DNA of 64,000 nt from Macrostomum lignano. Its lineage: Eukaryota. The number at the start of each line of letters is the position of its first letter. Position 1 is the first letter of the stretch. Below, piece by piece: positions 1 to 12,257 of this stretch. Below the pieces are notes generated by a model that saw nothing but the letters and a program-made list of their open reading frames with translations, had not been told where the DNA came from and did no database searches. The position numbers were made by a program, and so were the translations under genes. The stretch spans positions 62,001 through 126,000 of the forward strand of contig NIVC01001834.1 of assembly GCA_002269645.1 (NCBI GenBank), given 5' to 3'.

Positions 1-1460
1 TGTGCTGTTCGCTCGAAAAAAATCAGGCTGCAAGGCGCTCGGCCCCGATAAAGTCCCGGTCAAAGCGCTGCGGCTCCGCTGTGTGGCCTCTCAGGTCACA
101 GGCGTCATGAACCGCGTGCTCGCCGGCGCCCCTGCGCCCTCCGAATGGACCGTCGCGCACATCGTGCCGATCCCGAAGAAGGCAGGGACAACGCGGAAAG
201 AAGACCACCGCGGGATCTCGCTGATGTTCTGCACCGCGAAGCTCTTCAACCAGCTGCTGCTCGATCGCCTGCAGTCGGTTTTGGACCCGTACCTGCGGTA
301 CGAGCAGAACGGATTCCGGCCGCAACGCGGTACATTGACACAGATTCTCGAACTCCGCCGTGTCATCGAGGAGGCGCGCATCCGCCGGGCTACGCTGATC
401 ATTGTCTTCGTTGACTCTCGAAAGGCGTTTGATTCGGTGTTGAGAGCCGCGCTTCTCTTTGTCCTTCGAATCTATTTGGTACCCCAGCAGCTAATCGACG
501 CTGTCATGGCGCTGTATTGCAACACTCGAGCTGATGTGGTGACGGCGGACGGCCTGTCTGACCTGTTCGACACTTCATCAGGAGTTCTGCAGGGCGACAC
601 GCTAGCGCCGTTCCTCTTCGTGCTGCTGCTAGACTGGGTGCTTCGGACCGCACTCCCCTCGGCTAATGACGGTTTTCTGCTGCGCAGACGCATCGGTCGC
701 CGCTACGGCAAAAAGCGCTTGAGCGTTCTTGGCTACCCTCCTGTCCTCGTCCGTTGGAGGCGCCCAGCGCCAGATCGTCAGGTTGGTCGATGTGGCATCG
801 AGCGTCGGTCTGGTTGTCAACACGCTGAAGACCGAGGTGCTGAATGTGCCGGCCGAAATCCCAGCGGACCTTGCCGCGGCGCAGACGGGCAGACGACGAA
901 GCTCGCACGCTGCCAGCGGTTTACCTACCTAGGCGGTCTGGTGCCCCACGTGGAGGAAAACCTCCGGCAGCGCAGAGGACTTGCCTGCGTGGCCTTCCGT
1001 TCGATCCGGGCCGCCGTCCAGTCCGAAGCGCTGCCCGACCGCCAGGGGGCTCGGCTGTGATAGGCGGTGGTCGAAACCGTCCTGCTATACAACGCCGAGA
1101 CGTGGACGCTGGCGGCTACGCTGGAGCGGCAGCTGGACTCGGCGCACTCAGGGCTGCTCTGTGCGGCCTTTCGAGCTGACGAGAGCGTCGGGACCAAGGC
1201 CCTGTACGATCGGGCCAAGCTGCAGCGCCCATCCTTCATCATGCGCCAGCGGCGACTTCATCAACTGGCGGATCACGTGATTCGGGCCGAGGGCTACTGC
1301 CCCCAACCTGTTCAGGACGTCCTGCTGCTCACCTTGCAGGGCCCGCTCAGGGGGGGGGGGGTCAGGCCCAAACCCGTCGTTACGTAGACTGCCTCCTACG
1401 CGCGCCAACGGGGCGGACTTCGTCCACTCTCAGGCTCTGCGGTGCGCCATCAGACGCACC
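1..1460 (+). mobile_element. Degenerate non-LTR retrotransposon (RTE-like clade), reverse transcriptase and C-terminal region; cut by the window start and frameshifted
   Basis: RT motifs HIVPIPKK, RGISL, EQNGFRPQR, FVDSRKAFDSV and GVLQGDTLAPFLF in ORF 2-1060. The YADD motif is broken at about 731-740 (GY then a frame change to LLSSSVGGAQRQ). The RTE-typical ETVLLYNAETWTL lies in ORF 1067-1387. GC-rich relative to the flank. Confidence 0.9.
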
Positions 1461-1656
1461 CTGCTTTGTGACTTTGCTTGCAGGGCTGCGTAATTTGTTA
1501 CTGTTGTTTGCTGTTGCTGAGGCATATACACCAAATATAGCCCACCAAGCCAACTACACTCGTATGAGAGAGTCAGTAGCTGATGTTTTGTACGAGCTCG
1601 TGCTCATTGTCAGGGGTACATGTTTAACAGCCAATCCTCACACCTTATAACTGGTT

Positions 1657-1800
1657 TTTGATTGGCTGGCTCCAGAAGTTACGAGCATTGGCTCTTGATT
1701 GGTTGGCTCCAGAAGTTACGAGCATTGGTCCTTGATTGGCTGTCTCCAGAACCAGAAGTTACGAGCATTGGTTCTTGATTGGTTGGCTCCAGAAGTTATA
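1657..1800 (+). repeat. Short tandem repeat, about 36-bp unit, about 4 copies (ttgattggttggctccagaagttacgagcattgg)
   Basis: Units are directly visible in the sequence. Confidence 0.8.
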
Positions 1801-1967
1801 AGTATGGACAAGTAAAGTAGAAGGACCCTTCAAATGCAATTGTGCTTGGTTACGTTCTGTGCATCAGTCATTTAAAAGCCGGGCAAATTAAAAAATAATC
1901 TAATTGAAAACTTGGTAACAAGCAATTTCTTCATCAACTCATAAACAGATTTCAAGTTCTTGACGAG

Positions 1968-3070
1968 ATGGAAATCGCACCTCAGCCGACAGACACGGAT
2001 GATGGTACAACGGAAACCATCAGCACAGGTGCTAAAATTTCTAACCGACGAAAATGGACAATTGTGACTCTGTTTGTTCTCTTCTACGTGTTGCACGCTG
2101 GCCAAGAGTCCGGCTTTTGGAGCTATTTGTACTCATTTGGCGTGTGCTCGAGGCTCTGCCTCAGCCCTGACCAGGTATGTCTTTGAAACTAGTACTCAAT
2201 GTTGAACATTGGGTGATTGAAACAGAATAAAATTGGCATGATTGCAGGTTCGAATAAATTCTGATGGAAGTAGCACAAATAAATGATCATGAGTCACATA
2301 TAGCCAAATCTTGAATGGACCTGAATTCTTTTTTTAGTCTTTAACGCATATGCAACGATAAACTCGATCCTCTGACTAGTCTCCTTATCCGTCATATAGG
2401 TGACCATAGTCTAATTTAGAAGTGGTCCTAATAGAGAGATTTTAAGTGACCAAATAAGCTGGTAACTTTAGTCTTTAGTGTGCAGACCTGATCAGATGGG
2501 TGGCTTGATTGCTACAATAGAAATACAGTTTTTGTACCATAGCCGCATGCACTTTACGTCGTATTTGCTTATTTAATCACATTCAAATGGAAACTACATG
2601 CTATAAAAATTCAGGCCTCGCTACTAAGCACAATATTCTTTGTTGGCTACCTGGTCAGTCGCGGCTCCGGCGTCTTGGTGTCCCGCCTGGTGCAGCCGTC
2701 AGTGCTGCTGATTGCCCAGCTAACCGGCTGTCTGTTTGCCACCAGTCTGCTAGCGAGCTGGGGCGACGCCCAGGCGGCAGTGGCTTACACTGGAGCCGGC
2801 CTCTACGGCCTGTGCATCGCTATGGTGTTCCCCACTGGCATCACCTGGCTAGCTGAGCGACTAGACGTCACTGGCGCCCTGTCCAGCACCTGGTCTGTAG
2901 GAACCTATATCGGCGCCAGCACCTATCCGTTGGCTACGGGGTATTTGATTGGAGCCGACTCCGTTGGAGCAGTCGGCATGATGTACCTGGCTGTGGCTGC
3001 GTCTGCTGCGTACCTCATTGTCGCTAGCTGCATGATGCTGATTGCTAGGGGTGTGAGACAGAGTCACTAA
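1968..3070 (+). CDS. MFS transporter (MFSD4/NAGLT1-like), last two exons (about 1968-2174 and 2615-3070); 5' exons are probably outside the window
   Basis: Hydrophobic helices with LFYVLHAGQESGFWSYLYSF, a phase-0 GT-AG intron at 2175-2614, then ASLLSTIFFVGYLVSRGSG...GAGLYGLCIAMVFPTGITWL, which is typical of MFS C-terminal halves. The 5' boundary of the first exon is uncertain. Confidence 0.8.
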
Positions 3071-3710
3071 TTGTGTCGCTAGCTGCATGATGCTGATTGC
3101 CAGGGGTGTGAGGCAGAGTCACTGATTGTGTCGCTAGCTGCATGATGCTGATTGCCAGGGGTGTGAGACAGAGTCACTGATTGTGTCGCTAGCTGCATGA
3201 TGCTGATTGCCAGGGGTGTGAGGCAGAGTCACTGATTGTGTCGCTAGCTGCATGATGCTGATTGCCAGGGGTGTGAGGCAGAGTCACTGATTGTGTCGCT
3301 AGCTGCATGATGCTGATTGCCAGGGGTGTAAGGCAGAGTCACTGATTGTGTCGCTAGCTGCATGATGCTGATTGCCAGGGGTGTAAGGCAGAGTCACTGA
3401 TTGTGTCGCTAGCTGCATGATGCTGATTGCCAGGGGTGTAAGGCAGAGTCACTGATTGTGTCGCTAGCTGCATGATGCTGATTGCCAGGGGTGTAAGGCA
3501 GAGTCACTGATTGTGTCGCTAGCTGCATGATGCTGATTGCCAGGGGTGTAAGGCAGAGTCACTGATTGTGTCGCTAGCTGCATGATGCTGATTGCCAGGG
3601 GTGTGAGGCAGAGTCACTGATTGTGTCGCTAGCTGCATAATGCTGATTGCCAGGGGTGTGAGGCCATGGATGAATGATCATTCATCCATGTGTGAGGCAG
3701 AGTCACTAAT
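3018..3710 (+). repeat. 55-bp minisatellite, about 12 copies, made of the last codons and stop codon of the MFS CDS
   Basis: Unit ttgtgtcgctagctgcatgatgctgattgccaggggtgtgaggcagagtcactga matches the end of the CDS (ASCMMLIARGVRQSH*). Confidence 0.95.
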
Positions 3711-4317
3711 TGTACCTTAATAGACCCTCTGTAAAAACGATCTCAAAGTGTGTTTCTATCAATGAAGCATAGCTGCAAAGTTACATACTGTAAAAGGTCA
3801 CTATTTTATCATCGAAATTTTATTTACGTCGTAAGTGCGTAGTCACTAGCGCTGATTGTCTGCCAACATTACTGTAATCATTGCTCTGTATCCGTTCTTT
3901 GCTGACGCAACTTAAAATTTTAAATTAAAATACATTGTCCTAAATTCATAGTATTTCGTAATACTGTATCGAGATATTAGGACTTAAATCAATGGGAAGC
4001 TTTCTTTCAAAAAATCAGTTTTTTGCATTAGAATCTCACTGTCACTTTTTTCGTTGGGCGTATAAGCCAAAAAAGTGGGGCATATCAAATTCCTCTATGT
4101 TTTAAATGAATGAATGAATAGCTTTTATTAAAGAAAACTTTTTTTCTCGCTTAATCCAGCTCCAATGCAGCCACAAACTCGCTGGTTGCAACATTGATCT
4201 GCAGAAATAGTCCCCAAGACGATATTGTGCCGGGAAATTCTGGGGCCAAAGTGAATTAACACGCATTGGGAGTTAAAAACCGCAAAGCAAGCCATTAGGC
4301 TCTTTTGAACAGAGAAA

Positions 4318-7300
4318 TCATGCAAAGCTCTGCTTGACTAGCTCGCTAAGCAATCCCGGATCTTCGGAACTATAGGCCAATTGGAAATTCCTCATCGATG
4401 TTAATCCGCTAACCGGCAGGCGATTTCGATACCGCAGGGTGGCCTCCGTTGCTATGGTAACCGCTTCGCGCCACATGTTTCTGATGCTGCCGGACAAAGC
4501 CGCGGTGTTCTTAGCGTAGGCGGGAAAAGTGTTCACCTCAAGGAGCCAAACGTTTAGATCTTCGTCCACGATGAAGTCCGGGCCGTAGAGCCGGAACACA
4601 CTAGCTGGGCTGGCGTTGCTCTCCAGGTGGGGTCTATGGGTTATAATTACAATTATTTATAAGGCAGTAAAGTCAGTTATTTGGTTCACTGATCAGACGC
4701 TCTGTTTCATATTTTGAGGCTTCTGAATTCAGGGATTAATAATTGTTAAGCTTAAACGCTAGAAGCAAGAGAGCTTTCAATTCTTCTCTAGTACGACAAC
4801 TTTTGTCGCTCACTGCAAACACGATCTTCCTTCACAAATAATGTTGCTCCACTTGATGCCCAAATCGACTACCAGCTTCCTCCAGTCGCGACCGGCCTGG
4901 TGGTAGCTGCTTACGAGTCGTCTGTCAAGCTCAAAAACTTCTTGTGTAAGGCATCCTGCGTTGACTCTTGGTGTAGACCCAGCTTGTCTTCTCTGAGATG
5001 AACAAACTGCAGCTACGTTTCGCTTTACTTATACTTCTCTTAAGTTGCCTTTGGTGACTTTAGACTACGACTATTTCTACTTTCCACCCCAGTCACAGTC
5101 GAAGAGGCCACATTTGAAGTTACATGTACTTGTGTTACATTCGTGGTTGAAAAGGTACGAGTATATTACTCCTTATGCAGTTTCATTTTTGATTCGGTGC
5201 TTGTAGTTACCGTCTCTTTACCACGCGCTCAGAAAGTGAATGACAACTTACATAAGCATCTGAATAGAGCCGGAAGTCAGGTTCCTGACCAAGGCGATTA
5301 CATTCGCGAATTTGTCAGATCAGTCCAATAGGCACGCAATCTATTCAATCCCAAACCCTTTTTGAGATCCCATAGAATAATTGTGGATTTTCAGGCCAAC
5401 TCAAAGTTCAAGCTAGTCAAAAGTCGATTTCGTGTACGCCTAAGCGACTGGAAGAGGACCCGCTGGGAATTGGGACCCAGGGTGGGAAGACTCTGCCCGA
5501 CTGGTCTGATAAAGTATCAATTGCAGTGGGTTTTGTCTTGAGATCCAAGTATTGCATCCAAGCTACTCACCGGAACGCTGCAGCAACGTAGCCCACAATG
5601 GCTCTGATGCGATTGTACAGAGTGTTTTTGCACCAGTCAGTTTCGGCTCGACCGCGCTTATTTAAATAGGCATTGAGCTCGTCCGGAAACCAGGTCGTGG
5701 CCTCTTTCACCCGGGTGTACATAGTCCAGCGCTGCTTCTGCACAAACTGGTTGGTCAGGTGGACGTGGAGGTCGCGGCTAACTTTGTTGTACGGATAGCA
5801 GCTGAGCTTGACGTAGCCGGGATAGCAGAATGCAAAGTAGCTGTACTCGAATCCAGTTCCGTTGCTTGTCGATGGCCTCTTGCAGCTGAGCAGCATCATG
5901 TAGACGCGGAGATCAAATTTTCTCTTGTCGATTAGCAATGGTCTCTCAATGTACTTTTGCAGTACGAATTGGTTCAGACTGGCACGATTGCCTATGCAGG
6001 TGCGAATTCTGTCGACTGTGTTCGGACGTTCCGCCCGGTAGATCTGGATTCCAATGCCCTGAGAGTAACTGCAATAAGTGTTTAACCCGAGAAAATTTGC
6101 ATAAATATACAATGCATACAAGTGCTTTAAAAGCCCGAAAACCTCAGACTTGGAGCAGTTCCAAGAGACTGGAGACAAGTCAAAGAAAACCGGGACAACA
6201 TTTCTGAGAAAAAAACTATACCGATCGGTAAGACTTCTGTTAAGTCTTTGTTATTTGATTATCGAGAGCAGAGTTGTTATCGGCTGTTTTTGATCGATCG
6301 ATTTATGTTGAATTATTGAATTGAAGGCCTCCATATTCCTAAGGGATTGGATAGGATCCTTTAGACCGATTTCGAAACGATTGATTACGATACCCTAGAG
6401 TTACGGATAAGGCACACGACTCCGATTCTGTCTTTTTCTAGAAAAATACGCCATTTCTGGAGGACCGAGCAAGTTTTATTGTTACATCTGTGTTAGACTT
6501 CCAAGCTCGAGGAAAACTGAAACCAGACGTAGTGAACCACTTTCGTAGACTAAAGCTTCTCTCGTGTAATGCCAACTTCAGATTTGAAGAAGAGACTCAC
6601 ACTTGTCGAAAATGTCTCTAATTTCTCTTTTCCCTTCTCACTTTCTAGTCTAGTGTGCTAAAGTGCAACTCTTCACTACCTTAAATTCAGATCGATTCTA
6701 TCTTCTATTTCGGCTGAGTAAAAAATTATTAGAATGATCTATACAAAACTGGAACCCAGAAATAGCTGCAGAAGTGCACGCCATACGGCTTATTCCCAAT
6801 GCCATCAAATGAGGCCAATTACGGCATGAACGCACGGCTTGTGTCGGATGCGTTTACGGCAGAATTGAAGAATCAAAGCATTAAATAAAAACTCACAGTA
6901 TCACCCGGAAAACTTACTTGGTTCTTTTTAAAATGTAAATACCAGGATGCGAATCTGAAATCGTAGAGAATGGTGCGGGACGTTTCTAGTACTGTCTTTA
7001 ATGATTGCGCAATACATCAATCAGAATAAATATGCATAGCATTGCTCACCAAGGTATTGCATCAGGTCGCGCTGATAGTATCCAGGATTGGCAGTATACA
7101 ATATGAACCACCTGAAATCGAACGGTTTACCGCTGGCCGTGGTCATCTGCATATGACGCAGGGTTGAACTGCGACGCAGAGTGAGAAACATTTGCCACTT
7201 ATCGGCTATGTAGTGCCTGTGCGGATGGCAGCGCTCAAATACTAGGCAGTTACCTGTGTAAGTGGAGATATTTATGAAGTATATATGACACAACTAATGA

Positions 7301-10300
7301 CAGCGGCGTACGTAGGAAGCTTGATTTGTGGGAGATTACAACCCCAAGAGGGTGTCTTAGTGTCTTGGTGGGCGCCCCTGTCCCTTGGTGAGCACCCCTG
7401 TCCCTTGGTGGGCGCCCCTGTCTCTTTATGAGCACCCTTATCTCTTACTGAGCGCCCCTATCTCTTGGGGAGCGCCCCTGTCTCCCAGCCTCTTATGTCG
7501 GTGGATGCCACATCCAAGAGGTGGCAAAAGTTGAGCTCGTCATTCGTCGAGCTTAGTCATTTTTTAAGAAGTTTTTGTAATAAAATTACTCTAAATAATA
7601 TACGCACGATAGATTTTATTTTCTATCGCAGCTGATGTAAAACTGCTATATGCTAACTACAAGCTTCCTAAGAAGAAGTGTCTGTCACAAATAAACTGCT
7701 GATCCTAACCCCTACTCTTTTTAACCCTAATCCTAACGCACATTTTTTCAACTTTAGACAGTGAGTGCTACTGGTACGTTCCACTAAAATTGTTAGTGTA
7801 GATCACTATTCTATCGTTCTAGTATAGGTGCATCGGTTGAATTAGAGAATCAGTCACGGCGTACCCAACTTGTTCCAGTTCATCCGGTCCGGCTTTATGA
7901 TCATCAGGGTCAGCCGAGGATCTCGAAACAAGTCTCGCTCCAAATCGTCCATCCGTCTTTCGATGCTTTTCCCCGAGACAACAGATTCTTGCGACTGCTG
8001 TTCCTGCTGTTGCTGCTGCTGTTGTTGTTGTTGTTGCTTCTTCTCGCCATCTGGTGGTCGAACTTCGCCCCAAAAGTCGCGCTTCTCAAAGCCCATGCTT
8101 TCGGCGGCCATCTCAATGCTGGTTGGGATGAAGTTTGAATTTGTTTGAGCCAAAGATATTCGTAGACTATAAGCTTTAAGCTATAAACACCCCTGGACGG
8201 AACGATAATAGTTTGACACCCTGAGAGTTTATGAGATTGAACTAAAGAGTGGATTGTTTAATATTAATAATATTAACGACAACAATTGATTAAAGCTGCC
8301 ATAATTAGGCGAATGTGCAACCGACAGCTCAGCCGCAGCTATTGCGCACTGCATCTGAAGGCTGCATACGGCTGTTCAGTCCAATGACTGGGGGTCGCAC
8401 ACACCCTCAATTACCCCAGCTAATGCTGGCACCCATTTTACAGCTGGGTGAACTGAAGAAATGCAGAGTTAAGTGTCTTGCTCAAGGACACAAATTGTTC
8501 AGAGTGGGTGCTGTAAAAGACATATTCAAAAAGGAATGTCAACTAGATGCACTGGAATAGAAACCAAAGCAATGCTCCAGACTACATCGGCTGGAATCGA
8601 TAACTGGTCGGACCATTTTACTACCAGCTTAGGATGCAATATTCACCGTGTCTCACGACGTAAGTACGCCCTTGGAGAGGCAACTACACATCCTGTGTCC
8701 TAAAAGATGGGGAATTGAAAAAGCTAGACGACATGAGAGTTCGAAGCAACTACAATCGATTAAGTTCGTGTGAGAAATCCTCTCTTACCTTATTATGTCT
8801 ACTTTTACCATCGCGGTTATTAACTATAACTACAAGCGTATAGTTAACTACAATAACATCAATTTCTGATTTGAAATTTTCTGTTAAAGCTTTTAGAAGT
8901 TGCCAGACTTCTAGTCGATCAGACTTACTGAGAAAAAAAGGAGGCACTTATGAGATGTCTGGGCGTTTCTAGTAAAATAGTTCGATCAGTATTCGATTCC
9001 AGCTGGTTTAGTCTGAAGCCTTGCTTTGGATTGAAAGTTGACATCCCATTTTTGCATTACCCAATCACTCTCTCATTAAAAATTAGTTACTATTTTGCAT
9101 GAGACTGCAGATGAAGTATATCATTCGGGTTTGTGATTCTTCGGGTTTGTGATGGCGACCCCCTGATGTAGGAGCTTTGCATGAAACGCTTTGCAACTTT
9201 ACTAAAAGCCACTCACGACATCCGGTTGCAGGCGTAGGCATAGCAGTACGCATTGGTGACATAGTAGCGACCGATCTGGCCGGGAAACGCTCTCTGCATG
9301 TCGGCGCCGCACTGCTCAATAGGATAGGGCAAGCTCAGCACGGTACTGCTCCGCGACGATACGTTTGACGTTCGTCTAAGCGACGATAGCATAGTCAGTT
9401 TGCAGCTGGGTTGCTGAGGTCGGATGACTCTCGAAGCCGGCGGGATGATGAAGTCCTGCCGGGATGTTCGGTGCTGCAGCAGCTGGCTGGGCAGTTGGGC
9501 ATCGATTTCAGCATTAGACTGGGCGTCCGGTTGAGAAGTCGGATTTGCTTGTTGCTCTTCCTCTGCCTGTGAGCGTCGGGCAGTTCTTCCGGTTTAATTG
9601 CTTCCCGTTCCGCTTCCAGTGGTGAAACTTCTGGCTGTTCTCAGCTTCTGCTTGTGCTTCAGTATAACCAGACTCTGGATTGCCTTCAATTGTTCTCTTA
9701 TTTGTTCTTCTTCTGCTTCTTCTACAACATGCTTTGTTGCTGCATCGTCACTTCCTATTTGTTCCTGCTCACACGGTTCGACTTCTCGTAGTTCTGCCGG
9801 CTCAGCTTCTTGCTGAATCTCTGCTTCCGGTTGAACTTCCGGTTGACAGTCAGGTTCAGCATTAGTTTCGGCCTCAGACAGCTTCTCTTGGTTATGCTCT
9901 GGTTGCTCTTCTGCTTCAGATGCCGGCGCGTCTTTACCGGGAGTCATCTGATGCGTTGCTTCTTGATCTTGTTCATCCTCCTGAATCGCTTCAACAGCCC
10001 CATTGTCGTCAAAAAGTACTTCTGGTACTTCCAAAGTTTTCATTGAAGCTTCTGACAAAGTTTCATCATGCTGAGACTTTGGAGATTCTGCTGCTGGTTG
10101 CTCCCGAGGCTGATCTTCCATATCGGTCTCAGGTTTTGCTTCAGGATCTTCAGTTTGCCGCTCAGTATCAGGCTCGTGCGAGATTGTCTCTTCAGATTGA
10201 ATTTCAGGTTCATTTTCTGACTGAATATCGGATTCAGAATCCGTTTGCAGAATTTCTTTATCTGTGTCGGAGCCCATCTCTGTGGTGTCGGACTGAACAG

Positions 10301-10460
10301 CGGCGCTCTCGTAGCGGCTTAGTAAAAAATCTGATTTCGATTCAGCTGGATCTTGAGGCGACGACTGGAAAAGCAGCTTTTGATAACTTGACTTGTGCTG
10401 CTGCTGCTGTTGCTGTTGCTGCTGCTGCAGCGGCTGCAACTGAGCCACTGTTTCGTCCAT
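4318..10460 (-). CDS. TTLL10: TTLL10-like tubulin glycylase paralogue A. Exons 10460-9217 (acidic N-terminus, three apparent 1-bp deletions), 8118-7865, 7253-7050, 6954-6918, 6068-5571, 4633-4318
   Basis: TTL motifs YILKRTNYSQGIGI, QKYIERPLLIDKRKFDLRVY, HLTNQFVQK and GPDFIVDEDLNVWLLEVN. The HLTNQxxQK...VKExTxW pattern resembles TTLL10 as recalled. All five introns are GT-AG with consistent phases (2,1,1,2,2). Exon 1 needs frameshift correction. Confidence 0.8.
7370..7490 (+). repeat. 20-bp tandem repeat (gggcgcccctgtcccttggt), about 6 decaying copies, intronic
   Basis: Units are directly visible. Confidence 0.8.
8305..8505 (-). mobile_element. CORE-SINE copy, 5' truncated
   Basis: Reverse complement of gtgtccttgagcaagacacttaactctgcatt...cagctgtaaaatggg, which resembles the MIR/CORE domain (GTGACCTTGGGCAAGTTACTTAAC...TCTGTAAAATGGG). 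Four other copies are in the window. Confidence 0.8.
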
Positions 10461-10755
10461 TATTTTTACAAATAAAACCAGCAATCACGAGCTGAACACT
10501 AAATAAGTTAGCGGAGTCTTGTCGAGACTCTTTACAAAGCAAGTTGACGATGTAAGTACTCATTACGAGTACTCAATGATAGCCAGTTGGGACCAGCCGC
10601 TACATTACTGTCTATGGCCGGCCGCGAGTTACCAGTTCACCCTTAGCGATGCATGTTTAAAAGTACAACATTAAATCAAAGTAACTGGTAAGAATATCCG
10701 ATTAACTGGTAAGAATATCCGATTAAGTCAAACAATAGGGCTGCAAAAAAAGTTC

Positions 10756-10844
10756 TCCGGCGAGGCGGATTTGAACCACCGACCTAAGGATCGCTGCTGA
10801 TTGCACTCTACAGTCCTCCGCTCTACCAACTGAGCTATCGCCGG
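10756..10844 (-). tRNA. tRNA-Tyr(GTA) with 16-nt intron, copy 1
   Basis: CCGGCGA/TCGCCGG acceptor stem, TAGCTCAGTTGG A-box, GAGGACTGTAG-intron-ATCCTT anticodon arm, GGTTCAAATCC B-box, and an oligo-T terminator at 10745-10751. Confidence 0.97.
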
Positions 10845-11363
10845 CCTGACTGAAACACCTGGCCAAACTCATTATTGAATGCCAATTAAATAAATATTCA
10901 ATTCTAGTGAAAAATCAGTCCCGACTAACAATTTATATAGGGCAGTAAAATCCATTAGCCTACTTATAATTAGTAGAAATTGTTGCATTATGTGCGATTT
11001 TTAGGGGCCAGAATATTAAAAACTCGATGTAAAAATTCATTTTTTGCTATGCAACGATAGGATTGATTTCGATTTATAAAAAAATGCTTGGGATGCATTC
11101 GTTTCAGGCTTGTTTACGGATCATTGGCCCGGGAGGTATCATGCGATTCACACTTGTGAGCCAACTTCACCAAGGGCACAGAGACTACGCTTGGATGTGC
11201 TCAAGAATCAGCGAGGATGGGGGCGGAATTGCTCAGGCTCCGGGACTGGTTGTGGGAATTATTATCATTATTAAGTCGTCCATCGTGCCAAACTACATTT
11301 AGTTTTGAAAAGCTTTGAAAGTAAAAAATAAAATATAATATAATCAAGAAAAACAAAAAGCTC

Positions 11364-11452
11364 TCCGGCGAGGCGGATTTGAACCACCGACCTAAGGATC
11401 ACTGCTGATTGCACTCTACAGTCCTCCGCTCTACCAACTGAGCTATCGCCGG
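11364..11452 (-). tRNA. tRNA-Tyr(GTA) with 16-nt intron, copy 2
   Basis: Mature sequence identical to copy 1, with one substitution in the intron; T-tracts downstream. Confidence 0.97.
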
Positions 11453-12257
11453 CCTGACTGTAATTGGAGTGATCGTTAGTAATTAACTTGGAGAAATTCT
11501 GAGTGCACCTGGACAGGTGAATTGGAGCCATATAATTTTAATGCGTCGTGAATTGGGGGTGTTGTAGAAATAGGGGTGGTGGCCAATATAGCTACGGGAT
11601 GTACATTCACTGTACATCGTAGACGCATTGAATCTTATCGATGCTTCAATAAATGAACCGAACCTCTATAACCCGATATCGCAACTTGGAAGCGCTATTA
11701 TAATAACGCCAGCTTGCAGACTTTTGATAGACAAACCGAAATACAAATTCATAACGGAATGACCTGATTTGTTTTTGAGCTGGAAGAAGAATGAAAACAG
11801 AGACAAAAAATTGTTTCAGAGTCCATGGTTTAAAAGACCCAAGAAAAAATTCCTAAACGCGTAGTTGATTTCTTAACAACATTTTAGGGCGCATTCGTGG
11901 ATAAAACAAGACACTTGTTAGCTATATTCAGATGCTCAAATATGAGACTTAAGAAGTACATCTTCATCGCTTTATCTCGCCGCATACATGGAAATTCGAG
12001 CTCACAATTTCGCTTCGATCTAAATGGCAAAGCGAAGAAGCACTTTAAACTGCATTGACAGTCTATGTCAGCCTTTTACTCCACTCCACTATAATGTCTA
12101 TGTCCTAACCGACCCTCGGAGTGAGGGAGCGAAAACAGTTTGGCAAAATCTCTGTAAGCTCTTTGGCTCTTTTGAAGAGTTAAAAGCAATCAAAATAGAA
12201 TTAATTTCTGCTCCAGTCTAGGATTTCGGATTGAGAAGACAGACAGAAATTCGAATA

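Noticed and set aside
23-1408. Antisense and alternate-frame ORFs over the RT and mariner (also 18186-19195)
   Set aside because: Shadow ORFs of GC-rich coding sequence with no independent motifs.
4447-4460. Near-perfect X-box gttgctatggtaac
   Set aside because: It falls inside the last coding exon of TTLL10-A (VTIAT codons), far from any TSS; chance matches are expected.
9594-10484. Stand-alone 296-aa acidic gene
   Set aside because: The frame continues past the TAA to a phase-2 donor that joins the TTLL10-A exon at 8118, so it is better explained as exon 1 with base errors.
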